Shown here piece by piece: positions 49,407 to 62,159 of a DNA stretch of 64,000 nt (position 1 is the stretch's first letter; each line of letters starts with the position of its first letter). The notes beneath the pieces are model-generated. The model searched no databases and had not been told where the DNA came from. It saw only the letters and a program-made list of their open reading frames with translations. Source of the DNA: Octopus sinensis (taxonomy: Eukaryota); assembly GCF_006345805.1 (NCBI RefSeq), contig NC_043011.1:29896464-29960463 (forward strand), given 5' to 3'. The translations under genes and the position numbers were made by a program.

Positions 49407-51304
49407 GATCAGAGTGTTGGGCTCACAATCATGAAATAGTGAGTTCAATTCCTGGACCAGGCTGTGTGTTGTGTTCTTCATCAAGACACTTAATTTCACA
49501 ATGTTCCAGTTTACTCAGCTGTAGGAATGAGTTGCAACATCACTGGTGCCTTTGCCTTTCCCTTGAATAACATCAGTGGCATGGAGAGGGGAGGCTGGTA
49601 TGCATGGGTGACTGCTGGTCTTCCATTAACCTTGCCAGAACTTGTGCCTTGGAGGGGAATTTCCTAGGTGCAATCCCATGGCCATTCATGACCAAAGGGA
49701 GTTTTACCCTATTATCTAGACCAGATGTAAGCACAAGTGGGCCTTGTGGGCCTCTGATAGTTCCTCTTTCTGTGTCACAATTTGTCTAATTTTTATCAGT
49801 GATGGAATTAGAGGAGGTGAGATGCAAGAGGACAAGTATATTTTTCTAAGTAAGATATAATATGTAGGTAGGCCGTGGACAAATTACCAGAAGCGGGCCA
49901 CCAAAAACCACATTGACTAATGTGTCCTTCCTTTTATGGTGGTAAAGTATAATTTGAAGAACAATTGATTACTATTTCCAGCAAACTGAGCAAGTGTGTA
50001 AAAGCTCCATTTATGGTTAAGAAGGATATCCTAATTGATAAAAGTTGCAAAATTATAATCAAAAGTATTCAAGAAATGACCATCTCATCTGTTTTTTAGA
50101 CAGTTTGTTTCTATGACTACATAGTCTACTATATCCTAACCACTTTTAAAATCAAACCAACCTTTGATCAAAGACATTCCATCTATAACCATCATGTGTT
50201 TTTTTCCTATCTACAGAGGACGCAAAACTATATCATCTATCATGTTCCTTGACCATTTTTTAACATGAAATTTGGCTGTTATTTTTAACTGTTGAGCTCT
50301 TTAGCAGTTACTTGAAGACATAGGAGTGTGATCTGAGTGAAGTTTGACTGATCTCTTGCAGATCTGATGATTTTATAAAAGCTCCTTCATTGGCTTCAAG
50401 ACAATAGAATGTAATTTGAGGGAGATTTTGCTGCTCTTTCTCACAGAACAAATAACCCTGTGAACACATCCACATTGCCTGTAAAGATGTAATTTGAGGG
50501 ACATTCAGCTACTATTTTGCATAGATTAAAGACATCTCTAAAACACTCTCATTACATCAAAGTTGGTAGGATATGATTCAGCTGCTATTTCTACCTGGTC
50601 AGATCGAGTGATCCCATAGATGCTCCCTCATTGACACAATCAAGTAGCTGAGTCTGTATTGTGCTGGTAATGTTTACAGAGAGGAGAACAGGATGTAGTT
50701 ATCTTTTTAATTTTTGTTTTTGTAATAAAATTTCTCAGCCAATGAACTTTTCACCCAGGAGCATTGTGTATTCAAACAGATTAATTAAGCAACTCTTTTA
50801 AGATATCATTATTATTTTAACCCTTTTGTGGCCATATTTCACATAAAAACTACAACCCATGTATTTTAATTAATTTTTTAAATAATCAAGGAAATTGGAT
50901 GAATTTAGTAAAACAATTAAATTTTTTAATTATTTAGTTAGCATTTTAATCAGATGGTGGCCTGGCAAGATAGTTACAGCATCAGATGAGATATATTGTG
51001 GTATTTCTTATAGATCTTTATGTTCTGAGTTCAGTCCCTTCTATGGTGAGCTTTGACTTTCATCCTTCCGGGGATTGAGAAAATGCAATATCAGTCCAGG
51101 AAATGCTGGATTAATAGGATCGTTGGGAAAAAAAGTTTATAATATTTGTTACTACTCTTCACATTCTGAGTTCAAATCCAACCAAGGGGAACTATAATAT
51201 TAATCCTTCTAGGGCCCATAAAATACGATATCAGTTTAGGGCAGTATACTGGCAGAATCATTCTAGTGTTTGGACAAAACACTATGTTGTATTTGTCACA
51301 GTTG

Positions 51305-51490
51305 CTCTTTTACTCTGATTTGTTTCAGTCATTTGATTGTGGCCATGCTGGAGCACTGCCTTTAGTCGAACAAATTGATCCCAGAACTTATTCTTTGTAA
51401 GCCTAGTACTTATTCTATTGGTATCTTTTGCTGAACTGGTTGTCAAACACAGACACAAAAACATACACACATACATACATAATTACATAC

Positions 51491-51522
<32 letters not shown>

Positions 51523-51605
51523 TTATATATGATGGGCTTCTTTCAGTTTCCGTCTACCAAATCCACTCATAAGGCACTTGTCCAAGGTGCCAAACAGTGG
51601 GACTG
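51305..51605 (-). mobile_element. SINE family A, internally deleted
   Basis: Tail and body match. Confidence 0.8.
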
Positions 51606-51748
51606 AACATACACATGCACTGTGCTTATCTGCCACTCTATCTATCTATCTGTCAGTCTATCTATCTATCTGTCTGTCTGTCTATCTATCTATCTTTGTG
51701 TCTGTCTATCTACCTATCTATCTACCTACCTACCTACCTATCTAGCTT

Positions 51749-51803
<55 letters not shown>

Positions 51804-52207
51804 GTCTGTCTGTCTATCTTCCTTTCTTTCTCTCTATCTATCTATCTATCTACCAATTTTCTCTCTCTCTTCCCCTCTCCCCACTCTCTCTCCCATCTTC
51901 TCTCTTCAAAGCAGTCCTCATTAAGCTAATAGCAATTGGTGTTTGGAATTGTCATATCATGAAATAAGTAATTTTTACATAAAGTAATAGATTTTTAAAG
52001 TTTAAATATGATGCAGGTGTGGCTGTGTGGTTAAGAAGCTCATTTTGCAACCACTTAATTCTGTGTTCAATTCCACTGTATGATACCTTGAGAAAATGTC
52101 TTCTACTATAGCCTCATATCGACCGGAGCCTTGTGTATGAATTTTGTAGGTAAAGTTAGCTTCTCGAGTCATGCCGACTTATAATGGCTGGTTTCCTGGT
52201 TTCATGG

Positions 52208-52751
52208 CTTAGAGAGCTGCAAAGTTCAGATAGCTCCTACCTCTGCTGGTGACAAAGGGCCTCTTGCTCAGAGTAAAAGGTAGACTGTATGATGCATGTG
52301 TATGAATAGCCATGCTACATGGCAGTGAAACATGGGTCGTGGCTGCTGAGGACACACGTAAGCTTGCAAGAAATGAAGCCAGTACACTCCGCTGGATGTG
52401 TAATGTCAGTGTGCATACTTGACAGGGTTTAAGTACCTTGAGAGAAAATTTGGACCTAAGAAGCATCAGATGTGGTGTGCAAGAGAGACGACTGCATTGG
52501 TATGGTCATGTGGCGAGAATGGATGAGGATAGCTGTGTGAAAAAGTGTCACACCCTAGTGGTTGAGGGAACCTGGGGAAGAGGTAGACCCTAGGAAGACC
52601 TGGGATGAGGCGTTAGGAAGGGCACCCAGCTGAAGAAATTCTGCCAGATCAGATTGGAGCCTGGTGCAGCCATCTGGCTCGCAAGTCCTCAGTCAAACCG
52701 TCCAACCCATGCCAGCATGGAAAGCAGACGTTAAACGATGATGATGATGAT
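52208..52751 (+). mobile_element. RTE-clade LINE 3' end (ORF C-terminus + 3'UTR + (GAT)n)
   Basis: RVKGRLYDACV..MLHGSETW..RWMCNVS..ERRLHWYGHVARMDEDSCVKKC..GRGRP.KTWDE, then gttaggaagggcacccagctg...acgatgatgatga. Confidence 0.9.
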
Positions 52752-53065
52752 ATATATATCTATATATATATATATCTATATATACATATATAAATGCTTT
52801 TGGTGCGAATGTTTTTTTTTTATATGGCACTGAGTTCACATTCCAATTGAGAGTGTCTTGCTCAGATTATGAACATTTCAGCCGACCCTCATAATAATAA
52901 AAAATATTATTATACCTGCATTTGTTTTAATGTTAACATTGGAAAAATCCACATTTTTCATTTAAAACATTAGGACCTGGGTTTGCACCCCCTTAGCAAA
53001 TTTTGTTGCTGGGCCACTGCTTGAGTGTATCATTTATATATATATATACACATCTAATATAGGAT

Positions 53066-53690
53066 AAAATTTTCGAAAAAATTTTATCAATGGCCAGCAT
53101 ATTAAAAAATACCATTAAAAGGTTAAATTTATAAACAACTTATAAACAAGGACAAAAGAAAAAAATTTCTAATGCCAAATATGCCGAAAATTGATTTAAA
53201 TCGTCAATAACCATATAATTCATCACTATAAGCATGCATCTCGAAGCAAGCCAACAGAAATTTCTAAAACATTTTGTTATTATCGAATCGGCCCCGATTT
53301 CTGAGTTAATTCATTTAGAATTTTCTCATATGAGAATTTTCAGTCCGATCACACGTGTCTCAGGGTATGCTGAAGAATTTCTATTTTTGGATATATTTGG
53401 GGATACTTAAGTGTACACATGACTTAGTGTTTACTTCTTCCAGGGATGCAAGTAAGTATTTCATTTATTTCTTATCGTATTTATCACTGACGACAAGAAA
53501 ATTCTAAACAAATTAACTCAGAAATTGGGGCCGATTCGATAATAACGCAATTTTTTAGAAATTTCTGCCAGCTTGCTTCGAGATGCATGCTTATAGTGAT
53601 GAATTATATAGTTATTTACAATTTAAGTCTATTTTCGACATATTTGGCATTAGAATTTTTTTCTTTTGCCTTTCTTTATAAGTTGTATAT
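53066..53690. mobile_element. Long-TIR (foldback/MULE-like) non-autonomous element
   Basis: ~190-bp inverted arms (about 53138-53330 vs 53497-53686) around a ~165-bp spacer. Confidence 0.8.
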
Positions 53691-53968
53691 ATATATATAG
53701 AAGAGTGGCTATGTGGAAACCAACAGACTAATCCTCAGATTATGGGACAGCTGTAAACAAATAGAATAAACATCTACTCTTTTACCTCACTTTCTTATGA
53801 GCTCTTTATATATATACACTCTCTCCACCATTGCTCTACCTAGAGTTTCAGACAGATGCTAAGGTTTATCCTAACTTCGATACAATGGTCATTCTTGTTA
53901 GCTATGCCATTGGCAGAAAGCTTAGTAAGAGATTCTCCAAAATCCCTACTACTACTACTATTTATATA

Positions 53969-54376
53969 TTCTTTTATTCTTTTATTTGTTTAAGTCATTT
54001 TGACTGTGGCCATGCTGGAGCACTGCCTTTAGTCGCATGAATCGACGTCAGGACTTATTCTTTGTAAGCCTAGTACTTATTCTATCAGCCTCTTATACTG
54101 AACTGCTAAGTTATGGGGATGTAAACACACCAACATCGGTGGTCAAGCGATGGTGGCGGACAAACACAGAGACACAAGCATATTCATACACACACACACA
54201 CACATATATATATATGACAGGCTTCTTTCAGCTTTCATCTACCAAATCCACTCATAAGGCTTTGGTCAGCCCGAGTCTATAGTAGAAGATATTTGCCCAA
54301 GGTGCCACACAATAGAACTGAACCTGGAACCATGTGGTTGGTAAGCAAGCTATTTACCACACAGCTTCTCCTGAGC

Positions 54377-54377
<1 letters not shown>
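53969..54377 (-). mobile_element. SINE family A
   Basis: Full-length match. Confidence 0.9.
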
Positions 54378-54417
<40 letters not shown>

Positions 54418-54419
<2 letters not shown>

Positions 54420-54812
54420 CTTTTATTCTTTTACATGTTTCAGCCATTTGATTGTGGCTATGCTGAGGCACGGCCTTAAAGCGTTTTAGCCAAACAAATC
54501 GGCCACAGTACTTATTCCTTATAAGCCTAGTGTTTCTTTTATTGATTCCTTTTGCTGAATCACTAAGTTGCAGGGATGTAAACACACCAACATAGGTTGT
54601 CAAGTGATGGTGGAGGGACAAAGGCAGACACAAATATACACACATAAATACATGCATATACATATATATATGATGGGCTTCTTTCAAGTTCCGTCTACCA
54701 AATTCACTCACAAGGCTTTGATTGACCCAAGGCTATAGTAAAAGACACTAGCACAGGGTGCCACACAGTGGGACTGAACCCAAGCTTCTTACCACCCACC
54801 CATGCCTGCACC
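54418..54812 (-). mobile_element. SINE family A
   Basis: Near full-length match. Confidence 0.85.
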
Positions 54813-54973
54813 ATATTGCACATCAAATACAAATACTGCAAGATGCAACGAACATTTTAGGACAATAAAAATAAGAAAAAAGTGGAAATTTTACCGGTCA
54901 GTGTGTTAAATAATAAGGCACAAAAAGAAAACGACTCTCCCCAGACACAACAGAATATATATATATATATATA

Positions 54974-55181
54974 TTCTTTTACTCTTTTACTTGTTTCAGT
55001 CATTTGACTGTGGCCATGTTGGAGCACAGCATTTTGTCGAGCAAATTGACCCCAGGACTTATTCTTTGTTAGTCTAGTACTTATTCTATTGTTTCTTCTG
55101 CCGAACCGCTAAGTTACGGGTATGTAAACACACCACCATCAGTTGTCAAGTGATGTTGGGGGGACAAACACCGACACACAA

Positions 55182-55220
<39 letters not shown>

Positions 55221-55390
55221 CATATATACGACTGGCTTCTTTCAGTTTCCGTCCACCAAATCCACTCACGAGGCTTTGGTCGGCCCGAAGCTATAGTAGA
55301 AGACACTTGCTCAATGTGCCACGCAGTGGGCCTGAACCCAGAACCATGTGGTTTGTAATCAAGCTACTTACCACACAGCCACTCCTTTGC
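54974..55390 (-). mobile_element. SINE family A
   Basis: Full-length match. Confidence 0.9.
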
Positions 55391-55999
55391 ATGTATGTTT
55401 TTCAGTAAATACACTCAATTCCCTGGAGTGGTGGGGAGAAATATATATATATATATATTGGATAATAAAATAAATGGTTTACACCCGTGAGGGATTGACG
55501 CTAGATATGTCAAAGCAATTGTCGTGATTAATAAATTCATGTATATTCCACCTTCTATCTTTCATGTGCCACCACCATCACCATGACCACTACTATTTCT
55601 ATAGTTTCTATCTAAAAATTCACTCACAAGGCATTGGTCACCTAGGGCAATAATAGAGGACACTTGCCCAAGGTGCTACACAGTGGGGCTGAACTCAAAA
55701 CCACGGGACTGCAAATTAAGCTTCTTAGCCATAACCACATAGCTTTGTCTGCACCTATAAATGAATCATGGCAGTGCATGTTTCCATTTGCTATCTAAAA
55801 TGGGTTAAATGTACGGTGGCTGTAGGATTCAAAATTTATGTATTCCTAATTGTGTATTTGAAAAACAATACTTACACAAATTGTTATATTGTCTCATATT
55901 TAAGCCACCCTTTTCTCCCCACCACCCTAGGGAATTGAGTGTATTTACTGAAAAACATACGTGCAAAAAAAATGCACTTAAGGAAACATATTACTCAAC

Positions 56000-57410
56000 T
56001 GTACACTCACACAAACATGCAAATAAACAAATACACCCATGCTCACAAATTTGTGCATAAACATGCATAACCATGCATACATAATAATATACACATGTGC
56101 ACACATGCAAGTACATACTTACACATATACATGGATGCACTCAAATGCATATACAAGCACATATAATAAACATGTATACACAAGGACATACACAGATGCA
56201 TACAAATGCACACCGACACGCACATGCAGCAATACACAGATGCATATGCAAAAATAGTCACACATCCACATAAACATACATGTATATACAAAACATGTAT
56301 ACTTCACGCACACAAACTTGTATACATACGTATACAAACATGTATTCACCATGCAAACATGCAAACATGTATGCAAAATGCACAGGGATTTAGACAAACA
56401 TGTATACATGAACATATACAAATATATGTACACAAACACATACACACATGCGTGAGCACACACACCTGCATGCATATATACAAACATACATACAAACATA
56501 CATACACACACATGCATATATATACAAACATACATGCCTGAACAAATAAATGCAGACACATCTACACATACATTCATAAATACACACATTTACACAAATA
56601 CACACAAAAATGCATATACAAATATGTGCAAACATATTCGCAGATGCACATGCAAAAACATATACAAACACACAAGCACGAATGCATGAACATACACAGA
56701 GCACATGCATACAAACACATCTGTGCACATACACATACACACATATACACACACTCACACATATGTACACACAGAAAAATACACATGCTCACTCAAAAAG
56801 AGACACCCACAGACACAAAACATGTATACTTCACACATACACTTGCATACATACAGACAAAAAGAAATACATATACAAATGCACACACAACAGAATAGAC
56901 ACACATAAGCACACAGACATACACACACACACAGGAACACATGCACACACATATAGAAAAACACATGCTCACTCAAAATGAGACATTTATAGACACAAAG
57001 AAACACATACAAACACACTCGCACACACAAGAGGAAAGTCTCACATACACTAACATGTATACATACAAGTATACACACACACATATATACAGATACACAC
57101 ACAAACACAAATTCTTCACACATACAGTCAATTACAATCACTACTGCTACTACCACCATTATTACTACTACCACCACCACCACCACCAACACCACCAACA
57201 CCACCACCACCACCAACAACACTGCCACCACCACCAAAACCACCACCACCACCACCACCGCCACCACCACCACCACCAACACCAACACCAACACCACCAA
57301 CACCACTGCCACCACCATCACCACTACCAACACCATAACACCACCAAAGACCACCACCACCTACATCACTACCCCCCACTACTACTACTACTGCTGCTGC
57401 TGCTACTACT
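56000..57410. repeat. Cryptic CA/TA-rich simple repeat (~1.1 kb) followed by (CAC)n/(CTA)n
   Basis: G-poor + strand; internal duplication of gaaaaa.acacatgctcactcaaaa.gagaca at about 56775 and 56956. Confidence 0.85.
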
Positions 57411-57729
57411 ATATTCACTTTTCTCCGACAACATTAAAAGGAAGCTAGATAGGATTAATCTGGAGAAAACACATCAAAACAAAACAAACTGAACCAATAA
57501 AGACTGAATGGTTAATATCGATTCTATAACACTTTTAAACACAATGATACCATTTACAAGTGAAAGCTGACATTGTTTCAACTAGCGCACACCTTTCTTG
57601 ATGTCTAAACCATATTCCAGCTGTGGCCATCATGTCTTTTATATTTACTTTTTGATTTTCCTATATTATTGTGGGGTTTTTATTTCTTTATTCAAGATCT
57701 CTCCATTTGATAGCTTATTTATTAAATTG

Positions 57730-58205
57730 TGTCCTTCCTTTTATAATATGGTAGTGAGTGAAATAAGAGAGATTTGGCTGCTATTTCTAGCTGATTGAGT
57801 AAACCTATGATTAAAAGCATTCTAGCCATGAGAAGCAAATCTTTTTCTTTTTTCAGTTTGTTTACATCAAATAACACATTTTCAACTATTTCCTTCCTTT
57901 TACAGAATGGTAGTATGTGATTTGAGAGCAATTTGGCTGCTCTTTTGAGCATATGATTAAAAGCAGTCTGACCATGCGAAGCAAATCTTTCTCTTTTTTT
58001 CGGGTTGTTTATAGCCAATGGCACATTTTAACTGTTTCCTTCCTTTTATAGAATGGTAGTGAGTGATATGAATGAGATTTGGCTGCTATTTTAAGTTGAT
58101 CAAGTAAATCTATGATCAAAAGCATTCCTAGCCTCATGACCAGCATGCCCTTTTTTCAGGTTATTTACACTCAAAGGCACATTATCAAATGCATCCTTCC
58201 ATTTG
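57730..58205. repeat. Tandem array of ~150-bp units (about 3.3 copies)
   Basis: Unit starts tccttcctttt..aatggtagt at about 57730, 57890, 58035 and 58190. Confidence 0.75.
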
Positions 58206-58410
58206 TAAAATAGTAGGCAGAGGTGTGGATGAGTGGTCAAGAAGTTTCAATCCCGATGACTTGGATTCAAGTTCAGTCCCACTATGTGGGAACTTGTGAA
58301 AGTGTCATTTACTATAACCATGGCTTGCCCCCACAGCCTTGTGAGTAAATTTCGTAGACAGAAACTGAAAGAAGCCCATTGTATACATACATTGTGTATA
58401 TATATATAAA

Positions 58411-58605
58411 GGTGCAGGTGTGGCTGTGTGGAAAGAAGTTTGTTTTTCTACCACATGGTTCCATGTTCAGTCCCACTGCATGGCAGCTTGGGCAAGTGTC
58501 TTCTACTATAGCTTTGGGCTGACCAAAGCCTTATGAGTGGATTTGGTAGACAGAAACTGAAAGAAGCCTGTCGAACACACACACACACACACATATATAT
58601 ACGTA

Positions 58606-58649
<44 letters not shown>

Positions 58650-58690
58650 ATATAATATACATATATATATATATATATATATATGTATAC

Positions 58691-58723
<33 letters not shown>

Positions 58724-58742
58724 ATTATATATATACATATAC

Positions 58743-58790
<48 letters not shown>

Positions 58791-58895
58791 TGGCCTGTGG
58801 CGTCATTCGAAGGCTAAAACAATGCGAACGCATTGTGACCAGCGATGTGTAACTACATCTGATGGACTGGTCGGTCACGTGATCATGGTCACGTG

Positions 58896-58928
<33 letters not shown>

Positions 58929-59190
58929 ATATATATATATATATACATATATGTGTGTATGTATCTATCTATCTATATCTTTGTGAGTATCTTTGTATCT
59001 GTGTTTGTCCCCCATCACCATTTGACAAATGGTGTTGTCTATTTTCATACCTGTAACTTTGCAGCTTGGCAAAAGAGAATGATAGAATAAATACTAGGAT
59101 TAAAAAATAAGCCCTCCCGTCAATTTGTTTGACTAATTGACTTCGTGGCCACAGTCAAATGACTGAAACAAGTAAAAGAATAAAAGAATA
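58411..59190 (+). mobile_element. SINE family A with an expanded internal microsatellite hosting 120-bp repeat copy 3 (58789-58897)
   Basis: Head 58411-58575, (TA)n, inserted repeat, tail to gaataaaagaata. Confidence 0.8.
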
Positions 59191-59660
59191 TATAAGCTGT
59201 ATTATGAAATGTAGATGGATATGGTATTTAGTCTGCGATCCCATACCCTAGTCATCCCCTTTTACAAAGGCAGATACACAATTGTAAAGAAAGGGTTAAG
59301 ACATCAAAAATCAAAATAAAAATCCAAAATTGAAAATAGGTTATCAATTGTGAATCCATGTACATGTAAATGACACTCTGAAAATAGGATTATGAAATTT
59401 CAACATGCCAAACTAAGAAGGGTTCAACAATCACTCTATGTCTTTTCTAGTATTAAGATGATGAATTATGTTAAATTCGTTCTTGACTCCGAAATAGCAA
59501 TTTCAAACTAAGTTTCAAATTTAAAGCATAATGTAACTAATATATAATGGTTAACATATAAAGCAATATACAGAACAGGCAAACCAATCACAGTTGCAAT
59601 CACAACTATAGCAGAAAAGGATTATTATGCTTATACTAGAAAAGATTATTATTATTATTA

Positions 59661-59695
<35 letters not shown>

Positions 59696-59696
<1 letters not shown>

Positions 59697-59967
59697 CCTT
59701 TGCTCAGCTTCTAATGCTGGAGATGTACTATGGTGTCAGCTGTTCACTACCAGTGAACTAATGTAATACCTCTTATTTTCCAAGCACATTCCGGAGGATT
59801 TGAGCAGTTCACAGCAGTGCTGTTTTCTGCAAGTGCTCCACCCTTATTGCAGTCCCTATTTGTTCCACATACTCCTCCAGATTTTTGCTCCCTGTTCCCA
59901 GGGCTCCTACAATTATTGGTACTACTGCTACCTTTTTCATCGACCACAACTACTTAACTTCCCAAGC
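59696..59967 (-). mobile_element. R4/Dong-like RLE non-LTR retrotransposon 3' end
   Basis: EVK*LWSMKKVAVVPIIVGALG..HLQKTALL*TAQILRNVL, matching the RLE C-terminal VP(I)V(I)GALG..LQK.ALLGTA.ILR motif; (ATT)n flanks. Confidence 0.8.
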
Positions 59968-59981
59968 TATTATTATTATTA

Positions 59982-60024
<43 letters not shown>

Positions 60025-60030
60025 TTTATT

Positions 60031-60240
60031 GCCTTTGCACAGCTTCTAACGATGGAGATGTACTACAGTGTCAGCTATTCACTACCAGTGAACTAAGGTA
60101 ACACTCTTATTTTCTGAACACCTTCCAGACTATTCAAGCAGTTCACAGCAGTGCTGTTTTCTGCAAGTGCTCCACCCTTATTGCAGCCCTATTTGTTCCA
60201 CATACTTCTGGAGATTTTTGCACACTGTTCCCAGGGCTCC
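60031..60240 (-). mobile_element. R4/Dong-like 3' end, second adjacent copy
   Basis: Homologous to 59696-59905; separated from it by (ATT)n. Confidence 0.8.
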
Positions 60241-60244
60241 GACA

Positions 60245-60650
60245 GGCAAGCAGGCAGAATTGTTAGCACACTGGGCAAAATGCTTAGCGGTATTTCGTCT
60301 GCTGTTATGCTCTGAGTTCAAATTCCGCCGAGGTCGACTTTGCCTTTCAGCCTTTAGGGGTCAATTAAATAAGCACTAGTTACACTCTGGGGTCGATATA
60401 ATCGACATAATCCATTTGTCTGTCCTTGTTTGTCCTCTCTGTGTTTAGCCCCTTATGTGTAGTAAAGAAATAGGTATGTCATTTGCCACTATATTTTTGT
60501 GTTCAAATTCCACCAAGGTCGACTTTGCCTTTCATCCTTCTGGGGTTGATTAAATATGTACTAGTTATGCATTGGGGTTGATGCAATCAACTTAAGCCCT
60601 TCCCCCAAATTTGAGACCTTATGCTTACTATAGAAAGGATTATTATTATT
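60245..60650 (+). mobile_element. SINE family B, dimeric form
   Basis: Same two-unit junction (aaagaaatagg) as 14710-15105; (ATT)n tail. Confidence 0.85.
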
Positions 60651-60697
60651 ATTTTTATTATTATTATTATTTTAATTATTATTATTATTATTATTAA

Positions 60698-61251
60698 GTG
60701 AGAGAGCAGTGCATGCCATCAAAGTGACACTAGGGTAAAATATATGAAGCCCAGTATATCCATCATGACTACCTGTCTGATAAGGGTACACCAGGCACAT
60801 GCATCACAACCATCTGTGCATGACATGGTGATCTTATATCAAGATAAACAGCACATGAACTTGTGGGTGGGGCCCAGTTAGAATTTTCTTCTGGTTGAGT
60901 AGCCCATCCCACTCAAAAGATCCCTGAATAAGGATTGTTTAAGGATGTTGAATGAACCACCCATGTTTCCAAAGGTGAATTTTCCAAACCTCTAAGAATC
61001 CCTTTCAACACACGGCTATGATGCTCCCCCACTACTTCTGCTCATGATCAGAGATGCACATATTGTCAGCCACTAAGGAACATGGTCAACTGGTTAAGGT
61101 CAAACAACTGACAAGCAAATCTGTGGTATTGAGCAGAATATTTGCTGTAGCCCATCTTTTATACCAAGACAGAACGATGTACATGATAATACTTCCAATC
61201 AGTTAAGATCAGAAGCCATGAGAGCCACTGTCTGGTACTGCATCAGGGCAT
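60698..61251 (-). mobile_element. ~550-bp non-coding interspersed repeat flanked by (TAA)n
   Basis: Inverted second copy at 63682-64000 (cut by the window edge); TAA repeats on the visible flanks. Confidence 0.8.
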
Positions 61252-61963
61252 AATTATTATTACTATTATTATTATTGTTATTATTATCATCATCATCATC
61301 ATCATCATCTTCATAAAGCGCTGTTATATTTTTTTAAAATCTGATAATGAAAGGAACTATAGAAGTAAGAACATTTATTTAAACGTTGTTTAAATGTATT
61401 TATTCATTCAGTATATTTAATTCAATTACTTTGGAGGATCAAGGTGGAGTTTTGTTCATACAACTTTTAAACTGATTACATTCAAATGGTTGCTGCAACT
61501 TTGCAGTCTTCAACATAGCCGCATTGCAACTGTCTGCAGCAGAAATAGTTCATGAGTACATCAACTGTTGCAACTTTTTAGTATGACCACCATCTTCATC
61601 ATCATCATCATTATCATCATCTGCCATATTCTTATTTTCATTACTAGTGAGTATTCTTGCAGTTGCAGATCCTGCTAGTACTAGAGTATTGAGAAATTGA
61701 CTATGCTGGCCACTAAATGAGCCACTGTGTGGTTGCTTAGCTTGCATGATATAGCAGCTAAACTTTCTTTGAATTATACCCTACTGTCTTCAGAAAAGAA
61801 AAAGAAGGATACGCTGAATAATTTGAATTCTATGTACATTGGGATTTTGTAGATGTACAAAAGATGGGATGGTTATATCTGGATTGTCTTTCCTCATAGG
61901 TTTACTCAATCGGCTGAAATCTGCTTCAGTAACCATAGCAGCAAAATCAGTAGTTCACTGCAC

Positions 61964-62159
61964 ATGCCAATAAGGACAATCTGATCATTAACCTTGCTAG
62001 AAATAACAGCCAAACGTCCCTCAAATCATATCTGGTTGTCATAAAATAAAAATTAAAATATATGCCTATAAGGACAATCTGATCATTAACCTTGCTAGAA
62101 ATAACAGCCAAACGTCCCTCAAATCATATCTGGCTGTCATAAAATAAAAATAAAAATAT
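61964..62159. repeat. 98-bp near-perfect tandem duplication
   Basis: atgcc.ataaggacaatctgatc...aaaatata twice, with about 3 differences. Confidence 0.9.

Noticed and set aside
56941-57492. His/Thr-rich 183-aa ORF and overlapping Val/Gly-rich ORFs
   Set aside because: Products of (CA)n and (CAC)n microsatellites
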